Origin: Candidatus Bathyarchaeota archaeon
GTDB taxonomy: Archaea > Thermoproteota > Bathyarchaeia > Bathyarchaeales > Bathycorpusculaceae
Assembly (NCBI GenBank): GCA_963832745.1
Contig: CAWHVC010000002.1
Coordinates: 224,001 to 288,000, forward strand
DNA: 64,000 nt
Direction: 5' to 3'
Made by a program: the position numbers and the translations under genes. The stretch's first letter is position 1; each line of letters begins with the position of its first letter. Positions 58,115 to 64,000 of this stretch are shown here, in pieces. The notes under the pieces were generated by a model. That model worked only from the letters and a program-made list of their open reading frames with translations. It ran no database searches and was not told where the DNA came from.

Positions 58115-59043
58115 ATTTAGTCGACAACTGCGGCAGACCCCTTCTTAATTTAAGAATTTCAGTTACACAACGATGCAATTATCACTGTACATACTGTCAC
58201 AAGGAAGGCGAAGTTGAACGTGCAAACAGCGCTGCAGAAATACTAACTCTGCAAGAAATTGTGCGTATAGCCAAAACCGCAATCGACTTGGGTATATCAC
58301 GGATTAAGCTTACAGGCGGCGAACCCTTAATGCGCAGTGACATCTGCCAAATTGTTGCGGGTATCTCTGGCATTCCGGGACTGCGGGACCTTTCGTTAAC
58401 CACGAACGGTTTAATGCTGGCGGACATGGCTAAAGAATTGCACGCCTCCGGTTTAGGTAGAATAAATATTAGTTTAGCCTCGCTTAACCCTGAAACATAC
58501 GTTAAACTTACCGGCGGCAATCTTGACAAGGCACTATCTGGCGTTAAAGCCGCTGTTGAAGCTGGATTTAACCCCGTCAAGCTTAACATGGTTATTCTCA
58601 AAGGCGTTAACGTGCATGATGTCGCAGACATGATTGCATACGCAAAAAAAATGGGCGTAATCCTGCAGCTTATCGAGCTTGACCCCGTAAACGTCAGCCA
58701 CAATTACTATTCACGGCATCATCGTGGTCTTGAAGATCAGGAAGAAATGCTTCGTCAAAAAGCCGTTGAAGTTGAGCAGCGCCGCTTTATGCATAACCGC
58801 TTAATCTATCACTTGCCAAACGTGACAGTTGAAGTTGTTCATCCGATTGAAAACACGGATTTCTGCATGCACTGCACAAGGCTACGTGTTACCAGCGACG
58901 GGAAACTCAAGCCGTGCCTGATGAGAAACGACAACCTTACTGATATTCTAACGCCTATGCGGCAAGGAGTCAGCGATGAGGACCTCAAAAAATTATTCAT
59001 TCGAGCTAACCGGTTGCGGGAACCCTACAACAAATGTGTTTAA
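58111..59043 (+). CDS. moaA: GTP 3',8-cyclase
   Basis: LRISVTQRCNYHCTYC, TGGEP, FCMHCTRLRVTSDGKLKPCL. Confidence 0.95.
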   Translation: MNLVDNCGRPLLNLRISVTQRCNYHCTYCHKEGEVERANSAAEILTLQEIVRIAKTAIDLGISRIKLTGGEPLMRSDICQIVAGISGIPGLRDLSLTTNGLMLADMAKELHASGLGRINISLASLNPETYVKLTGGNLDKALSGVKAAVEAGFNPVKLNMVILKGVNVHDVADMIAYAKKMGVILQLIELDPVNVSHNYYSRHHRGLEDQEEMLRQKAVEVEQRRFMHNRLIYHLPNVTVEVVHPIENTDFCMHCTRLRVTSDGKLKPCLMRNDNLTDILTPMRQGVSDEDLKKLFIRANRLREPYNKCV

Positions 59044-59121
59044 CCATTTTTAGGGGGTGTAAAAGTGCCTTTCAATTTGAAAGGCTTATTGGGGTTAAAA
59101 AGAAAACTGGAAAGTTTGGGT

Positions 59122-59190
59122 TTATTTCTTTCCGGTTTTTTCTGCGTGTTTTGCTTTCTTTGCTTTGTTTTTCTTTTCTAATGATGGCAC
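59122..59190 (-). CDS. Putative 22-aa Lys-rich micropeptide
   Basis: AGGTGA RBS, GTG start, MPSLEKKNKAKKAKHAEKTGKK, followed by a T-rich tract. Confidence 0.45.
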   Translation of the reverse strand: MPSLEKKNKAKKAKHAEKTGKK

Positions 59191-59582
59191 AATTTTCACC
59201 TGACGTTTAAGGTTTTTAAGTTAATAAGCCCCCTAAAAACCTGCCTATCCAAAAAAAGAGGAAAAACAGTTTTTGGTTCTTGAAAATAGGGCAGAAAAGC
59301 GGAGTATGCTCATTTTATCGGCATGTTTGGCGTCTGTTAGGGCTCTGCTTCAGGTTTATTGCTGAAACTATGGAGGCGTAGTCTGTGTTTGCAGTGTTGA
59401 TGGTTCAAAAAGCAGTGTCTTGAATTTGTTCTAGAAAAATGGTTGATTGTTGAGAGATTCGGGCAGATTTTCGTCAACCGCTCGCTTTAAGTGGATTATG
59501 ATGGGAAAACTAAAGTTCCGTAGCCCTTTTTGCCATAAAAACGTTTTTAAATCAATACTGCACTCACTAAATCCGACATTAA

Positions 59583-60152
59583 ATGATACCAAAATACTTC
59601 TTTCTAACAAAAGGAGTTGGCAAACACAAAGAACAACTCCAATCATTCGAATTAGCCCTACGAGATGCAGGGATTCAAATGTGCAACCTAGTCGCAGTAT
59701 CAAGCATTGTTCCACCCGGATGTGAACTGCTAACTAAAGAAAAAGGCTTAAAAATGATTCACCCCGGCGAAATCACCTTCGTTGTCATCGCACGCAATGC
59801 AACCAACGAGCCACACCGCCAAGTCGCATCATCAGTCGGCGTAGCTATCCCCTCAGGCAAAAACCAGTACGGCTACCTCAGTGAACATCACAGTTTCGGA
59901 GAAACAGATGAAACCGCAGGCAACTATGCAGAAGACTTAGCTGCAACAATGCTTGCAACCACCATGGGCATCCAGTTTGATCCAGAAACCGCTTGGGATG
60001 AACGCAAACAACTTTTCAAAACTACTGGTTTAATCATTAAAACATCAAACAGTACTCAGTCAGCGGCAGGCGACAAGAACGGGCTCTGGACAACAACCGT
60101 TGCAGCTGCAGTCTTTGTCCCACCAGAAAACGGCGAACCAACAAAGGAATAA
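59583..60152 (+). CDS. pdaD: Pyruvoyl-dependent arginine decarboxylase
   Basis: [21 protein letters not shown] self-cleavage site, YGYLSEHH. Confidence 0.93.
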   Translation: MIPKYFFLTKGVGKHKEQLQSFELALRDAGIQMCNLVAVSSIVPPGCELLTKEKGLKMIHPGEITFVVIARNATNEPHRQVASSVGVAIPSGKNQYGYLSEHHSFGETDETAGNYAEDLAATMLATTMGIQFDPETAWDERKQLFKTTGLIIKTSNSTQSAAGDKNGLWTTTVAAAVFVPPENGEPTKE

Positions 60153-60211
60153 AAAATTGCCAGCAAGTTTTTTCACACTTGCTTTCCTTTAACTTTTTGG
60201 CGCTTTTTGCT

Positions 60212-62659
60212 TTAGGGTTTTTTGAAGACAATGTTCTTGTGGTCAATTAACTTGTAGAAGTACACTTTCAGAAAGTCAGTGATGACAAAAGCCAGCAACG
60301 CGTAACCCCAAACAAAACCTGCCAGCGTCCAACCAATGGGTGCGACAAAGACGCCGTAAACCACAACCAATGTTGCCATTAGTTTGGTGATTACTGCTGA
60401 CCAGAAAAGCAAGCCGCCGGGTCGGATTGACCAGAAGTGTCCTCTTGTTCGGGTCACAAAGATGGTTAAGTGCCCAGCAACAGCTAACTTTAGGAAAATG
60501 AAGGATTGCAGCACAGGTAAGGGTAACTGCAAAACTACTTCACCTATGTAGAAGATGAAGAAGGATGCAAAGACGCCTACGATGCCCAGCAGGGTTGAAA
60601 TGATTAGGACGTTACGCATGTTCCATTTCTCGGGTTCATTGGAGTACTTGACGTTATCATACGCGATTGCCATGATTGGCACGTCGTTAAACAAGGCTAA
60701 GAGTACAATCATGACGGCAGTGACGGGGTAAAAATTGAACACAATAATCGAAGTTACAATAAAGAATAGGACACGTATGGTTTCAGCTATGCGGTAAATC
60801 GAGTAATTGTTCATACGCTGGAAAACCTTGCGGCTTTCCTTAATTGCATCAATAATTACTGATAAACCAGGTTTGGTGAGTACAATGTCGGCTGCTGATT
60901 TGGCGGCGTCAGTAGCGCCCGCAACAGCTATACCCGCGTCAGCCTCCTTCAAAGCCGGTGCATCATTCACGCCGTCACCAGTCATACCAACAATATGATT
61001 ATCATCTTGCAACAGTTCAACAATCTTATACTTGTGCTCAGGAAAAACTTCAGCAAACCCATCCGCAGCCTCAACAACCTTGCAAGCCTCCTTATCGCTA
61101 AGGTTAAGAAAAGTTTCCGGCAAAGCAATCTTGTCACCCAAGTTTACTTGACCAGCAATTTCTTTAGCAATTGCAATATGGTCGCCAGTAACCATTTTTA
61201 CTTGTAAACCCATGTCTTTGGCAGTTTGAATGGTTGAAGCCGAATCTTCGCGAGGAGGGTCATAAAGTGCAAGCAGTCCAACATATTGCCAGACGCCTTT
61301 CTCGTCGGTTTTTGCAACGCCAAGTGCACGGTGCCCCTTAGAAGCAAAATCCACAATAACTTTGTCAACCTGAGAAGTTAGTTTTTCCTCTGCGTTAACC
61401 AGTTGCATGATAACTTGAGGTGCCCCTTTAGAAACTTTGAAGCTAACGCCTTGAGGGTCTTGAACTGTTGCTTCGGTACGTTTTATCACTGGGTCAAAAG
61501 GCTTGAAAGACTGCACTTTAAAGGTTCCAAGCTGTCCCGAGACAGTTGATTCGGCCTTAGCACGGGATATTACGGCGTTGTCAATTGGGTCTTTATCTTC
61601 TTGCCGGGAAGCTAAAGCACTAAGAAACAGTACATCAGCAGTTCTAAAACCACTTGCCGGGTTAATTTCTGCAACGGTTAATTCATTTTTGGTTATGGTT
61701 CCTGTTTTATCGGCACAGAGTACATCAACGCCCGACATTTCCTCGATAGCGGCAAGTTTACTTACAATCGCTTCTTTTTTCGCTAAAGCGATGGCGCCAA
61801 CTGCTAAAGTAACCGACAGCACTGCCGGTAAAGCTGCTGGAATAGCGGCAACAATCAAAATTAAAGCGAACTCTAAAGTGTCAACGATGCTTTCCTGCCT
61901 AAACAGGGCAACCATGAAAACGACGGCAACCAGTACCACAGCCAAAACGATTAGGTAATCGCCGATTTTGACAACTGCTTTTTGGAAGTGACTTTTTGGT
62001 TGAGCTTGCTCTACAAGCTTTGCGGTTTTCCCAAAATAAGTATGCATGCCAGTGGTTACAACTAAAGCGTCCATTTCACCTTGCCTTACAATAGACCCCG
62101 AGTAACCAACGTCAGAAACGTGTTTTTCCACTGGCAACGATTCGCCAGTTAATGCTGATTGGTCCACTGACAGGTAGTCGCCTTCGACGAGTTTAATATC
62201 TGCAGGTATCACGTCGCCTAAACGGATTCTTACCACATCGCCGGGCACCAATTCTCTTGAGGGAATCTCTATCCATTTATCATCACGGTGAACACGAGCG
62301 TTTAGGGCTAAACGCTTCTTTAACAGTTCAATTGCATTGTCTGCTTTGCGTTCCTGCCAAAAACCAACTACAGCATTAAGCATTAGCAAAGCAAAAATTA
62401 TGCCGAAATCTTCCCAGTGATTTATAACTGCAGAGAGGATAACGGCTGCTTCAATCATAAAAGGAATTGGACCCCAAAAATACCGGAAGAACTTTTTTAA
62501 GGGGTTAATTTTTTTTTCTGATATTTCGTTTGCGCCATAAGCTGTTAGGCGTTGTTTAGCTTCTTGAGTGCTTAAACCATTTTTGCCACTGGATAGAGTG
62601 TTAAACAACTCCTCGGGGGAGGCTTTTTTTACGTTTTCAACAGATAATGTCTTTTCCAT
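60212..62659 (-). CDS. Plasma-membrane H+-transporting P-type ATPase (type IIIA)
   Basis: LTGES, DKTGT, KGAPQ, DPPR, TGDH, FPEHK, MTGDGVNDAPAL. Confidence 0.95.
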   Translation of the reverse strand: MEKTLSVENVKKASPEELFNTLSSGKNGLSTQEAKQRLTAYGANEISEKKINPLKKFFRYFWGPIPFMIEAAVILSAVINHWEDFGIIFALLMLNAVVGFWQERKADNAIELLKKRLALNARVHRDDKWIEIPSRELVPGDVVRIRLGDVIPADIKLVEGDYLSVDQSALTGESLPVEKHVSDVGYSGSIVRQGEMDALVVTTGMHTYFGKTAKLVEQAQPKSHFQKAVVKIGDYLIVLAVVLVAVVFMVALFRQESIVDTLEFALILIVAAIPAALPAVLSVTLAVGAIALAKKEAIVSKLAAIEEMSGVDVLCADKTGTITKNELTVAEINPASGFRTADVLFLSALASRQEDKDPIDNAVISRAKAESTVSGQLGTFKVQSFKPFDPVIKRTEATVQDPQGVSFKVSKGAPQVIMQLVNAEEKLTSQVDKVIVDFASKGHRALGVAKTDEKGVWQYVGLLALYDPPREDSASTIQTAKDMGLQVKMVTGDHIAIAKEIAGQVNLGDKIALPETFLNLSDKEACKVVEAADGFAEVFPEHKYKIVELLQDDNHIVGMTGDGVNDAPALKEADAGIAVAGATDAAKSAADIVLTKPGLSVIIDAIKESRKVFQRMNNYSIYRIAETIRVLFFIVTSIIVFNFYPVTAVMIVLLALFNDVPIMAIAYDNVKYSNEPEKWNMRNVLIISTLLGIVGVFASFFIFYIGEVVLQLPLPVLQSFIFLKLAVAGHLTIFVTRTRGHFWSIRPGGLLFWSAVITKLMATLVVVYGVFVAPIGWTLAGFVWGYALLAFVITDFLKVYFYKLIDHKNIVFKKP

Positions 62660-62816
62660 GATTGTTCGCTTTACACAGTTTAACGGACACAAAACGTATT
62701 AGCGTTCAAAATAGAAAGGGCTAACACGGTTACTTAACTTTGTGTTGTAGCTTAGATACAATAACAAAAGCACTTATGCAAAACAAACAAAAAAAGGCTA
62801 ACTTAAAAAACAGTTT

Positions 62817-63347
62817 TTATTTGAAGTGCAAGTTGAAACGTTGCATTGCTGCTTCTACAATCTGTTTAGCGTTTTCTGCGTTGCGCCAACCCTTGACTTT
62901 AGTCCATTTATGTGGCTCTAAGCGCTTGTAGGTTGTAAAGAATTCTTGAATCTGATTTAATTGATACTCATGAACGTCAGTGATATCATTGTAGCCTTCG
63001 AATCGGGCGTCATTTGCAAGGACGGATAAAATTTTTTCGTCTGGACCATTTTCGTCTTCGATATGAAGAACTCCGATTACGCGAACGCGAGCAATTGCGC
63101 CAACTTCAAGGGGTTCATAAGTTAAAGTCATAATGTCTAAGGGGTCATCGTCTTCTGACCAGGTTTGGGGAACAAAACCGTAATCAACAGGGAAAAAGAC
63201 TGCTGACGGAATAATTCGGTCAAGCACAAAAGCTTCCCAGTCTGACTTGTACTCGTACTTGTCGCGTGAACCGCTTAAAACTTCAATAACCATGTTAAGG
63301 TGTGTTGGTGGATTTTCGCCGGCGGGGATTTGTTTCCATAAATTCAT
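62817..63347 (-). CDS. ppa: Inorganic pyrophosphatase (family I)
   Basis: KYEY, YGFVPQT, DDDPLD, DEKIL, FFTTYKRLE. Confidence 0.95.
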   Translation of the reverse strand: MNLWKQIPAGENPPTHLNMVIEVLSGSRDKYEYKSDWEAFVLDRIIPSAVFFPVDYGFVPQTWSEDDDPLDIMTLTYEPLEVGAIARVRVIGVLHIEDENGPDEKILSVLANDARFEGYNDITDVHEYQLNQIQEFFTTYKRLEPHKWTKVKGWRNAENAKQIVEAAMQRFNLHFK

Positions 63348-63410
63348 AACAAATAACCATATGGTTTGAGTTTAACAAGCATAAAAGTTTACCGTGAAGT
63401 TAACTCAGAT

Positions 63411-63875
63411 TTAACTTTTAAGTTCTTTCGCCATTGCCACCGCTAAAAGCCTCCAAACCGCCGAATCTTCACAACACAAAGAATCCGCAAGCATCTGTGC
63501 CTCAACTGGTGAAATTTTTTCTTTTCCGTGGTCAACATGGACTGCTTCAAAATTCAGCCTTGAACCACCATTTTTTGGTTGAATCTCATAGAGAAATTGA
63601 GAGTGCATGTTTGTACCTGTAATGTGTGTAGAAATCCAGCTGAATCTGTCTGGGTAAAGATGCACCAGTTTCTGCTTTTCAACAACACCGTCTGCAGTGT
63701 GAAAAACATCCTTCAAAACCATTACATCGTTAGATACACGCATAACTTGGCGTTCAGCCGTTGCGTGACCCATTAACTGATGGTCTATTGGCGAGAAGTC
63801 TGTGCACCACAAAAACGCCTCTATAGCCGAAACAGCAAAACTTTGGCTAAACCTATAACGAACTGTAACTGGCAT
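63411..63875 (-). CDS. Hypothetical protein, SRPBCC-like
   Basis: AFLWCTDF, beta-rich core, C-terminal helix. Confidence 0.6.
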   Translation of the reverse strand: MPVTVRYRFSQSFAVSAIEAFLWCTDFSPIDHQLMGHATAERQVMRVSNDVMVLKDVFHTADGVVEKQKLVHLYPDRFSWISTHITGTNMHSQFLYEIQPKNGGSRLNFEAVHVDHGKEKISPVEAQMLADSLCCEDSAVWRLLAVAMAKELKS

Positions 63876-64000
63876 AAACAGCCCTTAAGTTAACCAAATA
63901 TTTAGTGGTTGCGTTTAACCGAAAAAGTCAGACATACGCTTCTGATAAAGCGCACGCTTAAGCAATTCGCTCTGCCGTATCCAACGTCCCAACGGAATCT

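Noticed and set aside
59200-59580. Structured ncRNA or riboswitch upstream of pdaD
   Set aside because: Long spacer, but no recognisable motif or convincing stems; a covariance-model search would be needed.

Overview
Archaeal chromosome segment, probably Bathyarchaeia. That assignment is inferred from gene content and style (Orc1/Cdc6, pantoate kinase, archaeal PPAT, pyruvoyl arginine decarboxylase, PAS kinases, tRNA without encoded CCA); no search was run. Most of the window is intact housekeeping genes: tRNA-Gln(CUG), CoA synthesis, alpha-ribazole salvage, msrB, lsrF, rpsJ, ilvC, nikR, nadA, an aguB-aguA fusion, cdc6, moaCBA, pdaD, a P-type H+-ATPase and ppa. Three things stand out. (1) An AT-rich, lesion-rich island at about 33.8-45 kb holds an operon of two DUF2341-type adhesin/virion-like genes. 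The second ends, after a frameshift, in a ~215-aa tail of about 38 aromatic-X-Asp/Asn triplets (23 HSD). It is followed by a radical SAM/SPASM enzyme with its own HGD motifs, a Cys-rich DUF483-like protein and an RlaP-like nucleotidyltransferase. This is a candidate undescribed protein-modification (poly-cyclophane, RiPP-like) system. (2) A ribbon-helix-helix/CblS-like fusion has a 21-bp site shared between its own promoter and the cblT-cblS promoter. (3) A four-gene cluster encodes two divergent tubulin/FtsZ-like proteins and two membrane proteins, with a PRC-barrel gene next to it. Several pseudogenes and small ORFs missing from the ORF track were reconstructed by hand. All family assignments are from motif recognition.
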